Shown piece by piece: positions 13,300 through 26,193 of a DNA stretch of 64,000 bases. Position 1 is the first letter of the stretch, and each line of letters opens with the position of its first letter. The notes below the pieces were generated by a model. It was not told the origin of the DNA. It saw only the letters and a program-made list of their open reading frames with translations, and did not search any database. A program made the position numbers and the translations under genes. This DNA comes from Octopus vulgaris (lineage: Eukaryota), in contig OX597816.1 of the NCBI GenBank assembly GCA_951406725.2, positions 2,170,001 through 2,234,000 of the forward strand, given 5' to 3'.

Positions 13300-13762
13300 T
13301 GAAGTCGAAATCAAACTCAGTGACTGGCATCTGTTGCTAGTGAAGTGTTAAGAGTACCATACGAGTGAGATTGTTGCCAGAGCAACAAGCTGGCCTTCGT
13401 GCTGATGGCACGTCAAACACACCATCCGAGCGTGATCGTTACCGTGTCGCCTTACTAGCACTTGTGCTGGTGGCATGTGAAACATTCGAGCGAGGTTGTC
13501 GCCAGTGCCGCTGGACTGGCTCCTGTGCAGGTGGCACATAAAAAGCACCATTTGGGCGTGGCCGTTGCCAGTACCACCAAACTGGCCCTCGTGCCGGTGG
13601 CACATAAAAGCACCCACTATACTCTCGGAGTGGTTGGCGTTAGGAAGGGCATCCAGCTGTAGAAACTCTGCCAGATCAGATTGGAGTCTGGTCCGCCAGA
13701 CCTCAGTCAAATCATCCAACCCATGCTAGCATGGAAAGCAGACATTAAATGATGATGATGAT
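13300..13762 (+). mobile_element. RTE 3'-UTR copy with several internal hairpin units
   Basis: Repeated gtgc..gtggca.(g/a)t.aaa units, then gtggttggcgttaggaagggcatccagc...gctagcatggaaagcagacattaaat(GAT)n. Confidence 0.85.
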
Positions 13763-15437
13763 CTAAAATTTAATATTTGTTTTTATTGGTTACACATGAG
13801 AATTTTTATTACTTTGGCTATAGAAAAAGGTATGGTGTCCTGTACTTATTAATGTTTGATATCTCAATGCTCTGAATTGTAATATTTGTTAAAATCAGTT
13901 TTATTTATCATTCTTTAGGGGTCAATGAATAAATACCAGCTGGGTACTAAGATTGACTCAATTGATGTTACTCTCCTTTCAAAAGATGTAGTCAATTGTA
14001 AGGGTAAAGTAAATTATAGCAGGGGAGTCAGTTGTGGTCCTAGGGTCTGTTGTGGATTTGTGAGAAACCATTTTGATTTATGTATCGTTCTTCTGCATTT
14101 AATTATGTTGGGGGCCTATGAAATATTTTTTGCATTCTTACACATAGAAAAAAAAAGGGACAAGAAAGATGAAAGCAGTAGGCCATAAGTGGTGGCTTCA
14201 GAGAATATTGTTGTACTTAGAAAATTGAATTTTGGTAAAAAAAATTACTATTGTGTTTCCATATTCCTGTATCTGGTGATGGGATATAATGTGACAATTC
14301 TAGAAATCCGAAACTCTTGTAACCAAAATGTAAGTGACAAACTAAGAATTTTAAATTTAGCCGAATAACTGAATATTATCAGTATATGAATGTAAAAATA
14401 CAAGACAAATTTCATATGAAACACAGATAAGAATGGAACCCATATTTGTGTGTGTGTAATCAGTAATCTCTAGTTATGTTTTATGGTCCTAAAGCAGACA
14501 GATTTTTGTGATAAGTATTAGGGATTGTTTCTTATAATAGAAATAAGAACCAGAGCCTTTTGTTAGTTGTTTTGTGGTATTTTGGATAGGGTTGGACATC
14601 CATGATCCTTTCAATTATGAGATAAAATAGACTGTCCACTGGAACTAACGAAGCTATTGATTAGTTTTCCTATTTTTGCAGTGTTGGTTAGTTATTAAAA
14701 GTTAGTTGATAAAAGCATGTTTTCCTCCTAATTGACAAACTACCCATCTCCTTGTTTAACCTATGCATTCAAATTAACTTGCTAATGGAACTTATAAGTT
14801 AAAAGTCCTGGGTAAGTGATGTTCCATGAGGAGGAATCGTATTTGCTCTAAGCTACATACTATCACCTTACTAATGTATCTATATTAAGATAGTATTGAT
14901 TTTAAATTAATACATTTCTTTAAAAAAAGCACTTGGATGCTTATAGATAAAGTGTATCAAATGTGAAAATGTTTCTATGTTTAAGTAAGAAGAGAAGCAC
15001 GTGTTGTATTGATTTTTCCAAACTGTGTCATTTTCTACACTGTCTCCTCTCTGGACTCTTTACCTCTCCTACCATTCATCTGTCTTATTTTTAGATAAGA
15101 AATAAGGTGGTACTGAATAAACAATTGTTTCTCCTCTTATCATTCTTTAATCATTATTAACATCTATGTCATGCTATTATATAAAATAAGTTACAAATAA
15201 AGTTAATGAGGTATATATATATATATATATATATGGAATTAGTACGGCATGGTGGCAGAGAAAAGAGTTGAGCCAACAATAGCTGTTAGAGCTCAATTTC
15301 TTTCAAGTTACTAATGGTGTGGAATGAAATTTGAATTTAGAAGCATTAGATATGGTCCCTTTCATTCTTTTTTAAATCTGCCATTACTATAGCATACATT
15401 GAATTATTTTGTAAATGTTGATCAGTGCACTCACCCC

Positions 15438-15533
<96 letters not shown>

Positions 15534-15539
15534 TATATA

Positions 15540-15950
15540 TACTCTTTACTCTTTTACTTGTTTCAGTCATTTGACTGCGGCTATGCTGGAGCACCGCCTT
15601 TAGTCGAGCAAATCGACCCCAGGACTTATTCTTTGTAAGCCCAGTACTTATTCTATCGGTCTCTTTTGCCGAACCGCTAAGTGATGGGGACGTAAACACA
15701 CCAGCATCGGTTGTCAAGCAATGCTAGGGGGACAAACACAGACACACAAACATACACACACACATATATATATACATACATATATACGACGGGCTTCTTT
15801 CAGTTTCCGTCTACCAAATCCACTCACAAGGCTTTGGTTGGCCCGAGGCTATAGCAGAAGACACTTGCCCAAGGTGCCACGCAGTGGGACTGAACCCGGA
15901 ACCATGTGGTTGGTAAGCAAGCTACTTACCACACAGCCACTCCTGCGCCT
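15540..15950 (-). mobile_element. SINE family A, full length
   Basis: Near-identical reverse complement of 25395-25810. Confidence 0.9.
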
Positions 15951-16256
15951 ATATATATATTATTTTGGCAGTATGTTACTAAATTAATTTTACATCCTTT
16001 CCAACTCTCCATTCTTTTTCTTTAATCCTATTTATACATATGATAATCCCATGCATATGGAAAAGACTTTCCTGCATGGTGTTGGTGATTAGACTAGTGA
16101 AAATTTGGATGTCGTAGTCCCTTATGAGGACAAGATATCCTCGCATTGATTTTATGCACACACACACACACACACACATACACATATTTGTATACACATA
16201 CACACACACATCTACAGAGAGAGAGAGAGATTATTATCTCCATCTATTCTCCCTTT

Positions 16257-16607
16257 AGTGAAGGCGCATGGCTCAGTGGTTAGAGCGTCGAGCTTACGAT
16301 CGTGAGGTTGTGGGCTCGAATCCCGGACGGGGCTGCGTGTTTTGTTCTTGAGCAAGGCACTTTATTTCACGTTGCTCCAGTTCACTCAGCTGTAGAAATG
16401 AGTTGCGACGTCACAGGTGCCAAGCTGTATCGGCCCCTTTGCCTTTCCCTTGGACAACATCGGTGACGTGGAGAGGGGAGGCCGGTATGCATGGGCGACT
16501 GCTGGTCTTCCATAAAACAACCTTGCCCAGACTTGTGCCTCAGAGGGTATCTCTCTAGGTGCAAACCCATGGTCAGTGCCTGACCGAAGGGGGTCTTTAC
16601 CCCCTTT
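16257..16607 (+). mobile_element. Young tRNA-derived SINE with 12-bp target-site duplication
   Basis: A box TGGCTCAGTGG (16269-16279), B-box-like GGCTCGAATCCC, CORE-like ttcttgagcaaggcacttta...ctgtagaaatg. TSD TATTCTCCCTTT at 16245-16256 and 16608-16619. Confidence 0.88.
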
Positions 16608-17074
16608 TATTCTCCCTTTCCAGCTGGGTCAGCCATGTATCTCCTCTACAGCATCAGTTCCTGTTCCCCCACTTGGTGAGCTCACTAAATAAAAGCCCCC
16701 AGTACACTGTTAAGTGTTGGGTATTAGAAAGGGCATTCAGCTGTAGAAACCTTGCCAAAAGAGACATTGGGGACCTATGCAGCCATGTGACTAATCTGAT
16801 CCTGTCATCGTAGCCAACCCATCCCAACATGGAATACAGATCATAAATAATGATGATGGCACACACACACACACACACACACACTTTATTTATTCAGCTC
16901 TGTGTGTCTGAAGAGTCATCAATATTTCCAAGTGCTACAGTTGGCACAAAACTGATGGCAACATTCTGACCAGTTGTTTGATGATCAATAGTAATATGCT
17001 ACTGATTGGTAATACAAAAATATACTTTCCATAAGTTTGCTTTTTCTCTGATAATCAACTGATAACACGTGTGT

Positions 17075-17408
17075 GCACGTGCACACACACACACGCACCC
17101 AAGGTCATCATCATCGTCATCTTCATCATCCTACATTTATCTTCCGTGTTTGCATGGGTTGAATAGGTTGATAGGTTCCAATGCACACACACACACACAC
17201 ACACACACGCACCCAAGGTCATCATCATCGTCATCTTCATCATCCTACATTTATCTTCCGTGTTTGCATGGGTTGAATAGGTTGATAGGTTCCAATGCAC
17301 ACACACACACACACACACACACCCCCAAGGTCATCATCATCGTCATCTTCATCATCCTACATTTATCTTCCGTGTTTGCATGGGTTGAATAGGTTGATAG
17401 GTTCCAAT

Positions 17409-17442
<34 letters not shown>

Positions 17443-17524
17443 AAGGTCATCATCATCATCATCTTCATCATCCTACATTTATCTTCCGTGTTTGCATGGG
17501 TTGAATAGGTTGATAGGTTCCAAT

Positions 17525-17562
<38 letters not shown>

Positions 17563-17850
17563 CCAAGGTCATCATCATCGTCATCTTCATCATCCTACAT
17601 TCATCTTCCGTGTTTGCATGGGTTGAATAGGTTGATAGGTTCCAATGAGCTGGAGGACATCATCGTCATCTTCATCATCCTACATTTATCTTCCGTGTTT
17701 GCATGGGTTGAATAGGTTGATAGGTTCCAATGCACACACACACACACACACACACCCCCAAGGTCATCATCATCGTCATCTTCATCATCCTACATTTATC
17801 TTCCGTGTTTGCATGGGTTGAATAGGTTGATAGGTTCCAATGAGCTGGAG
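17075..17850. repeat. Minisatellite of about 7 copies of a 110-120 bp unit: (CA)n plus the end of an RTE-type tail
   Basis: Unit cccaaggtcatcatcatcgtcatcttcatcatcctacatttatcttccgtgtttgcatgggttgaataggttgataggttccaatg, separated by variable (CA)n. Confidence 0.95.
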
Positions 17851-18226
17851 GACTGCGTTTTGCTCCAGTGTCTGCTTTGGCCTGGTTGCTTCAGTTGGAT
17901 ACCCTTCCTAATGTCAACTACTTCAGAGACTGTACTGGGTGCCTTTTCTTTTTCGGTAACACTAGCACTAGTGTGGTCACTAAATACTTATCTCTTAACG
18001 GAAATTTAGCATTGGGCAACAAGTAAAATATACAAAACAAGGTAGAAACAAAACCACCATACTCTTTCATCGGCTGTTGAATGAAGACCAAAGCAATTTT
18101 GGCAGATGTTAACAGAATGACACACTTGCATTAGTGCATTTGAGTTTGGTGTCAATACAGGATAATAATAAGCCTACAAAACCAACTGAAAAATTAGCTC
18201 TTAAGTACATCTCTCTCTCTACCTAC

Positions 18227-18261
<35 letters not shown>

Positions 18262-19027
18262 TCTGTTCTATTGTGTATAGTTGCAATGAAATGAAACAAA
18301 CCAGTAAATTAATAATATCTCATCTAGCTGCCTAGAAAAGGGCTAAAATAGGCTAATAGTTTAAATAGGCTAATTTAGTTTATTTTCCTCATTAATCTTA
18401 GGGAATATATAAGAAATGTATTTGTAGATATTTAAGGAAAGTTAAGGTGGCTAATTAAGATTCCAGTGAGAATCAAAGCATACATACAGCTGTTCTCTCT
18501 TTTCTGTCCGTGGCTATATTGTTACAGATGTATTGTTAACAATGGTTGTAACCCAGTATTGACTAATAATTCTATAGATATGTTTTAAAATACATTATAA
18601 CACACATACACACATCCAAGGAAACAAAGAGGGAAATGAAAATGGGAGGTGAAAATATCAAATGTTGGGTAAATATAAGAATAACATAGACAAAAAGAGC
18701 AAATAGCTACAATAAACAAAATAGAAAAACAATGATGACACAATCTGGTGCAATCTGATATATGGATTACAAATTGAATTCTAAATTGGATATGAATTTT
18801 TCTCTGCGTTCAATAGATGTTTTCCTAGGTCAAGTTGGTACTACAAAATTTTTAACAGACACAAAGTAAAATTAGCAGACGCAACTTCACACCACTTAAA
18901 ATATTAAAATCATATGCATAAATTAAATAACACAAAAAATGAATAAACTAAAACTGGGATATCGAAATAAAAGCCTGAAAGGTGAAAATAAGGCAAAAAA
19001 TGAATCGGGGTCAAAAATAATAAACTG

Positions 19028-19485
19028 TGCTGGTGTGGTCATGTGATGCATATGGACAAGGACAGCAGTGTAAAGAAGTGATATCTAACTGTGGAAGGGG
19101 CCTGTGGTAGAGGTAGACCCAGGAAGACATGGGACGAGGTAGTGAAGCATGATCTTTGGACTTTGGACCTCATAGAGGCAATGACTAGTGCCTGAGACCT
19201 TTAGCAATATGCCATGCTTCAGAAGATCCGTCAAGCCAATTGAAATTGCAGTTGTGGTTGATGCTGGTGTCACATAACTGGCACATAAAAAGCACCTTCT
19301 AAGCATTGAACCTCATGGAGGTAAAGTGGCTGAGCTCTTTTCGAGTGTTGGGTCTCACAGAGGCAATGACCGAGGTCTTTGGCATCATGTCGTGCTTGAG
19401 AAGAAGACCCATCGAGTCAAGTAAAATCACAGTTGTGGAAGGTACCAGTGTTGCACAAATTTGTACCTGTGCCGGTGGCATGAAA
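19028..19485 (+). mobile_element. RTE LINE fragment (ORF end and part of 3' UTR)
   Basis: Similar to 27825-28200 (tggtgtggtcatgtgatgc...ggtagacccaggaagacatgggacgaggtagtgaagcatga). Confidence 0.8.
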
Positions 19486-19494
19486 CACACCCTG

Positions 19495-19791
19495 GTGGCA
19501 TGAGTTGGATGGTTTGATCGCGGCTGGCAAGGCTGGAAGGCTGCACCAAGCTCCAGTCTGATTTGGCATGGTTTCTATGGCTGGATGCCCTTCATAACGC
19601 CAACCACTCCAAGAGTGTAATGGGTGCTTTAACGTGCCACCAGCATAGATGCCATTTGTATGACACCAGGGTGCGTTTATGTGCCAATTTGCATGATGCC
19701 AGTATCTGTTATGACTGCGATTTTGCACAGCTTGATGGGTCTTCTTCTCAAACACGACACAATGCCAAAGGCCCAACACTTGAAAGAGCTC
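19495..19791 (-). mobile_element. RTE 3'-UTR-derived element, inverted relative to its neighbour
   Basis: Contains ggatgcccttcataacgccaaccactcc and the reverse complement of 19332-19470. Confidence 0.75.
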
Positions 19792-20054
19792 TATATATAA
19801 ATGTGAAGAGCAGGCAGATGTGATGTGAGAAACCACATCGCATCTTTTTCCAATGAATGCAAGAGTTGTTGCACTTCACTAGTGAATCTCATCTGGAAAT
19901 TGAAATGAAGTATACATCAAAATAGTCTATATTGAGAAGTACAGAACCCTACGATGGACAATCCCAGGGTTGTAACTTGCGTTTCAGAGAAACACGAAAT
20001 TATTCTTTGTAAAGAGCAAATAATTAATAGGTAACCTGAAACCATCTTCATATG

Positions 20055-20093
<39 letters not shown>

Positions 20094-20521
20094 TATATGA
20101 ATATATGCATACATATATGTACATACCTACATATATATATATATACATGCATATGTGGGTACAGGACATCAAAAAATGTAGACACTATGAAAAAACGAAA
20201 ACATAGAAAATGGACTTTTTTTTCAAACAACAAAAAAAAACCCCGAGAAACGAGACATGCAACATAAAGAACATTCCCCTTCATCAGTTGTCCCTGTTTC
20301 ATCTACTCCGCATTTCGTAGGTAAGGACAATACGAGACTTCGTTGAAAAAGTCTTTCCTGCAAAGCAAATTAAATAAAATTTGGGATTTTTTTGCGGAGG
20401 GTGAAAGTGGTAACAAAAACAGGACAGTGAGAACAGTGTTTTTTACATGCCATCACGGGTGCCAGTTCACACAACTTCTTTCTATATATACTTTATATAC
20501 ATACACACACAGATTCTATTA

Positions 20522-20716
20522 GCAATGGAAGCAATATTGGTTTGGAATAGCATTCTGTATATCTCACTAAACATGGACATACTATAAACAGCAAGAAGAC
20601 TGGGGTATTTAAGCTTGGCACCTTTTGCAATGGAAGCTATATTGGTTTGGAATAGCATTCTGTATATCTCACTAAACATGGACATACTATAGACAGCAAG
20701 AAGACTGGGGTATTTA
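20522..20716. repeat. 90-bp direct duplication with a 15-bp spacer (20522-20611 and 20627-20716)
   Basis: gcaatggaagc.atattgg...gactggggtattta occurs twice with 2 differences seen. Confidence 0.9.
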
Positions 20717-23700
20717 TCTTGAGAAAGCATCTCCTATAGATGTATAATGCTAAAAAGCTCAGAAGTATCTGTAGCAAACCAAAAGTGTCCAGCGGTGATA
20801 GTGGAATTACTAACTGCAAGATTTGTGTCTTTCCAGATTATCATTAGTAAGTATCCACTATCAGCCACATGCTTAAACACATTTAGCCTCTAATTATATA
20901 GAAAAACAGTGATGTGTGTGTGTGTGTGTATAAATATGTGTATGTAAATATGTGTGTTTATGCTTTCATATTGCATGTTAACATCATACAAGTGGTATCA
21001 TTTGTTTTCAGTCTTGTGTGAAAATGTGCTCATCAGGAAATATTACAAGTGAGGTTTGGTGACAGGAAAGGCACCTCACTGTAGAAAAATCTACTTCAAT
21101 GGATATCATCTGATCCAATAGAAAAATTGAATGTTAAACAATGATTTTTATACACATACACACATTTATCCCTTTTTATAGATATCTGGAACCCACTGAC
21201 TTGATGCCTGTATCTGGTTTGCCAGGCATGAAGTGAAAGTGATCCCCTCCCACACATACACACAGAGTTACATCAAAGGTTCTTATTCCTTTGTGATATT
21301 CAATGCTCAGAACATGTTTAATGAGAATAAGGTTTCATTATTGCTTCCTTGTTGCCAAGACTCTAAATGAAGAAAGCAAACTCTAAAAACCATGAATTTC
21401 TCTATGAAGAATTGATTTCATGGTGGATTCTTGATTGATCCGTAACATTGAGTTTGTTATTATAAAGAATCAAACCTTCAAGAACTTTTTGTCAATGATG
21501 CAGTTAATTCCAAGTTTCAACTGATAATCCTATTCTTGTTTTGTGGAAAGTATTGTTAATATTTTGTATAAGAAAATGATAAATGAAACCCTACGAAACA
21601 GAAGGAAATCAAATTGAACAGCTGAAAATGCTATCAATGTCATGTTGCGATCAACATGTTTGACATGCATCTGAAGACATGTGACAAATATTTATCTTTC
21701 TATTTTGACATTCTGCTCCCTTCTAACTTCAGTAAAAACCATCTGTTATTCTGCTATTTATGATAGGGGGAAACCATATCAGTGCTTGCTAACCCTTTTT
21801 CTTTTTTAACCTTACAACTGTCTTAGCGTGAAAGGTCATATTATTCATTTATATTTTTGACTGAAGAAAAAGGATACACTTAATTATTTTAAATATTTGG
21901 AGTTAACTTTGAAAACACTTTTATATTTATAGTTTATATTTTTAAGGGCAACAGTCAGTAGGATAATAATTGACCTTTGGTAAAATCTATGTGAATGTTA
22001 GTTCAATACTGAAAACAACTCATTGTGCTTTACAACTCCACAACGCAGCTTTGAAAGAGAGGGTATAGGTAGGTGGGGCACACACACGACTGGGTGGGAC
22101 TTTAGCTGGGAGGGAGGTAGCATGAAGCTAAGTTTTGAGAGGTTGAAGTATGATAGAAGAGACAGGAACGGAGATGTTGCTATAGAGATCTATTGTCAGA
22201 CAGAGCTGGAATAGAAGACACATTATTGATGAGGTTGTGATGAAGATGGCTGATTGTTTAACCAAATAATTAATTAATCAGTTAGTTAATTGGTTAACTA
22301 GTTGAGTAATAATAAAGTGAATAGAGGCAGTGTGTGTGCATTGGCATAATGACCTTCCCAAGTTATAACAAAATATTTGGTCCATGATTTTGTAGCAGTT
22401 CTTGTTGCTTCTGTAATGTTGTGGTTCATAAGTAATTTGAACCTAAAGTACTTTTACTTACAGAGAAGAGAACCAATGCACATTTGAAATGCCTTCATCA
22501 AAACTGAACAGCCTCTATCCCTTATTAACTCAGAGAATTATACAAATACCTCTATCCCTTGTAAATTCCAAGAAATATATAAATATATCAAAAAAGGAAG
22601 ATTGACTTGGCATAACATCAAAATACCTAAGATGTAATTATTTCTGTGTATGTACAGTCATTTATGCACTTAGATGTAAAAAGGAGGGAAAAAGTGAAGC
22701 ATTCTATATAAGCAATGTATTCGTACATGAATACTTTGAAAACCTACAGAAGCGAGTACAAAGCTACATTTCCAAACTCTAATGAGGATATACTGTCTAA
22801 ACTTTCCCATGAAAAGGCAGAGATCTCCTTGTTTAAGTGATTTTCACTCTATTATGAAGGAAATGTTTGTTTTTGATTTTCTTTTTTTTCTTTTTTCTTT
22901 TTTCTGATCGAAGGAAAGACATACCGTTATTAGTTACAATATATAGTCATTAAATTTAATATTAGTATATATTTTGCTGGCTCTTGAAAGAGATGAAATG
23001 TAAAGACATTCCCAATAGGATTTGAACACTGGAACGTGGGATACAGTGCTAAAACCTGAAAGTCTCTTGTGCTAAGATTTGTCAGTTTGTTGGTGATTTT
23101 GGTTGCAATGGAAGTAAGTAAAGTGGTTCTGTCTTTTTTTAGCACGTGAAGAAGCATTTTTTTATCTTGTGAAAGAAGAAACTTACTCTCTCTCTTTCTT
23201 TGATTTAGTCTTTTCACAAGGATAACATACAAAGTTGACCTTACTTTGAGTTCAACTCCCACTATATTCAGTGTTTTCCAATATATGTCATTTCCTCTTG
23301 TCTTTAGTAAATAATTGACATTGCAAGCATGGCTCCGTGGTTAAGAAACTTGCTTCCCATGTGAGTGCATTAGGTAGGCAGAAACTAAAAGAAGATCTGT
23401 GTGTGTGTGTGTACCCTTGTCTTGAAACTATATGATAGTTGTAAATGAGCATCACTGTTATACAAGTGGTCTCATTTGTTTCCAGCCTTCTGTGAAAAAC
23501 ATGTCCACTCAAAGGGAAAATGTTACCCTGCTTGGAAATAGGTGAAGGTTGGCAACAGGAAAGGCATCTGGCCCATAGAACATAGAAAATTTGTTGAGGC
23601 AAATTTTCTATGACACATGCAAATATGGAAAAGAGAATGTTAAAATGATAATTCTGATTTTTTTCTTTTTTCTTTTTTGCCAAGTTACATATTTCTTATT

Positions 23701-25394
23701 CATCTTCTATCTGTAATAAAGAAATTGTTATCATTAGCTACATAAATAATTTTTCATTTTCATCAGAAAGTAGGTTGTACTTTTATTTTTATAAGGGGAA
23801 TATGCAAGTCAGCGGAAAAGAACATTTGTAATAATAATAATAATAATAATAAATATTCATGACTATACGTGAATTTTTCAAAAACTACATTAATTTGTTT
23901 GAAGAATGATTAACTATTACAAAATTAGAATTGTACTTTGAAGAATGTTCTTTGCTGCCAACTATTATTTTATGGTTTGTCACTGTCTTTCAAAATATTT
24001 TGAAATGATAAAATTGCACAAAAGCGCTCCTATTCATATTGTTGGTGAGTGAAAGTCATTTATTACAGGCCAACCATACGAGAGGCCCTCTCAAGGTAAA
24101 TAATGCAGTATTTGATGTCTTAACAAAACATCCATATCAAGTTGAATATAAAGAAGATTGCCTTTTGATAGAATAATAGATTTTAGAATATGCCAAGAAA
24201 CAATTTTTTTATAGAGGTTTGTTCTCTGTTGCAATTTTTGTTTTTTTTCACTACTATTACGGCCATCAGTCAAGAGGTCACTGGTATCAACCAGTCCCAT
24301 CCCCCTCATGCCTAAATTAAAAACCATTATTATTATTGAGTGAGAGGGCAGTGCATGCCATCAAAGTGACACTTGGTACAAATACATGAAGCCATCTGAT
24401 AAGGGTACACTAGGCACATGCATCACAACTATGTGTGTAACATGGTGCTCTCATATCAAGATAAACAGCACATGACCTTGCAGGTGGGACCCAGTTAGAG
24501 TTTTTTCTGGCCAAATAGCTCATCCTGTTCAAAAGGTCCCTGACTAAGGTTTGTTTAAGGATGTTGAATGAAACACCCATGTTTCCACAGGTGAATTTTC
24601 CAAACCCCAAAGAATTCCTCTCAGCACATGGTTATGATGTTACCCTAATACTCCTACTCTTGATCAGAGGTGCACATATTGTCAGCCACTAAGAGACATG
24701 ATCAGCTGGTGACGGTCAAACAACTGACAAGCAAATCTGTGGTATTGAGCAGAATATTTGCTGTAGGCCATCTTCTACACCAAGACAAAACATGTACATG
24801 ATAACACTTCCAATCAGAAGCCATGAGAGCTACTGCTTTATACTGCTTCAGGGCATTTTTTATTATTTTTATTATTGTGAATTGTCAGTATCATTAGAGC
24901 ATTGGGAAAAGGCTTTGCAGTGTCTATTCCTGCTCTCTAAGTTCTAAGTTCAGACCCTGCCAGAGTCAACTTTGCCTTTCATTTTTTTCAGAGTCTATGA
25001 AATACAGTATTAGTTAAGTACTGGGATCAATATAATTGACTCACTCCCCCCCCCCAAAATTGCTGGCCTTGTGCCAACATTTGGAATCCTCAAGCTGGTG
25101 GAATTGTTAGCATATTGAACTAAATGTTTCATGGCATTTCTCCCATCTCTTCATGTTGTGAGTTCAAAACCTCACTGAGGTCAAATTTGCTTTTCATCCT
25201 TTCAAGTGATGGTATCGATTAGCCTCTTCCTTCAGAAATTGTTGTCCTTCTGCCAAAATTAGACATCATTATTATTCTTCCAATAGTTACTACCATGATC
25301 CCTTGCCATGTCGTGGTTCACCCGTCGCGGTTTATTATTTAAGCTTATGCCGGTTCCTCCATAGTGTTGTTTTGCATTTATAATAAATATATAC

Positions 25395-25566
25395 AGGCGC
25401 AGGGGTGGCTGTGTGGTAAGTAGCTTGCTAACCAACCACATGGTTCCGGGTTCAGTCCCACTGCGTGGCATCTTGGGCAAGTGTCTTCTGCTATAGCCCC
25501 GGGCCGACCAATGCCTTGTGAGTGGACTTGGTAGACGGAAACTGAAAGAAGCCCGTCGTATATATG

Positions 25567-25597
<31 letters not shown>

Positions 25598-26193
25598 ATG
25601 TTTGTGTGTCTGTGTTTGTCCCCCTAGCATTGCTTGACAACCGATGCTGGTGTGTTTACGTCCCCCTTACTTAGCGGTTTGGCAAAAGAGACCGATGGAA
25701 TTAGTACTGGGCTTACAAAAGAATAAGTCCCGGGGTCGAGTTGCTCGATTAAAGGCGGTGCTCCAGCATGGCCGCAGTCAAATGACTGAAACAAGTAAAA
25801 GAGTAAAAGAAAAAAAGAGGTGCAAGAGTGGCTGTGTGGTAAAAAGCATGCTCCCCAATCACATGGTTCCGGGTTCAGTCCCACTGCATGGCACCTTGGA
25901 CAAGTGTCTTCTGCTATAGCCTCAGGCTGACCAAAGCCTTGTGAGTGAATTTGGTAGATGGAAACCGAAAGAAGCCCAGCATATGTATATGTGTGTGTGT
26001 CTGTTTTTCCCCTGGTCATCACTTGACAACTGATGTTGGTGTGTTTACGTCCCTGTAACTTAGTGGTTCGGCAAAATGGACTAATAGAATAAGTACCAGG
26101 GTTACAAAGAATAAATTCTGGGGTCGATTAGTTTGACTAAAGAAGGTACTCCAGCATGGCCGCAGTCAAATGACTGGAACAAGTAAAAGAGTA
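25395..26193 (+). mobile_element. Two tandem copies of the abundant tRNA-SINE 'family A' (about 25395-25810 and 25818-26193)
   Basis: Head ggcgcagg.gtggctgtgtggtaag...gggttcagtccc (Pol III A/B-like boxes), internal TA/TG microsatellite, (AAAAGAGT)n tail. Confidence 0.9.

Noticed and set aside
16263-16335. tRNA-like sequence
   Set aside because: It is the head of a SINE with body and TSD; no complete cloverleaf was evident.
17075-17850. Repeat-spacer appearance resembling a CRISPR array
   Set aside because: Repeats are about 85 bp, spacers are only (CA)n, the context is eukaryotic and there are no cas genes.
22270-22310. AT-rich hairpin
   Set aside because: Built from degenerate TTAA/TTAG low-complexity repeats; not a credible pre-miRNA.
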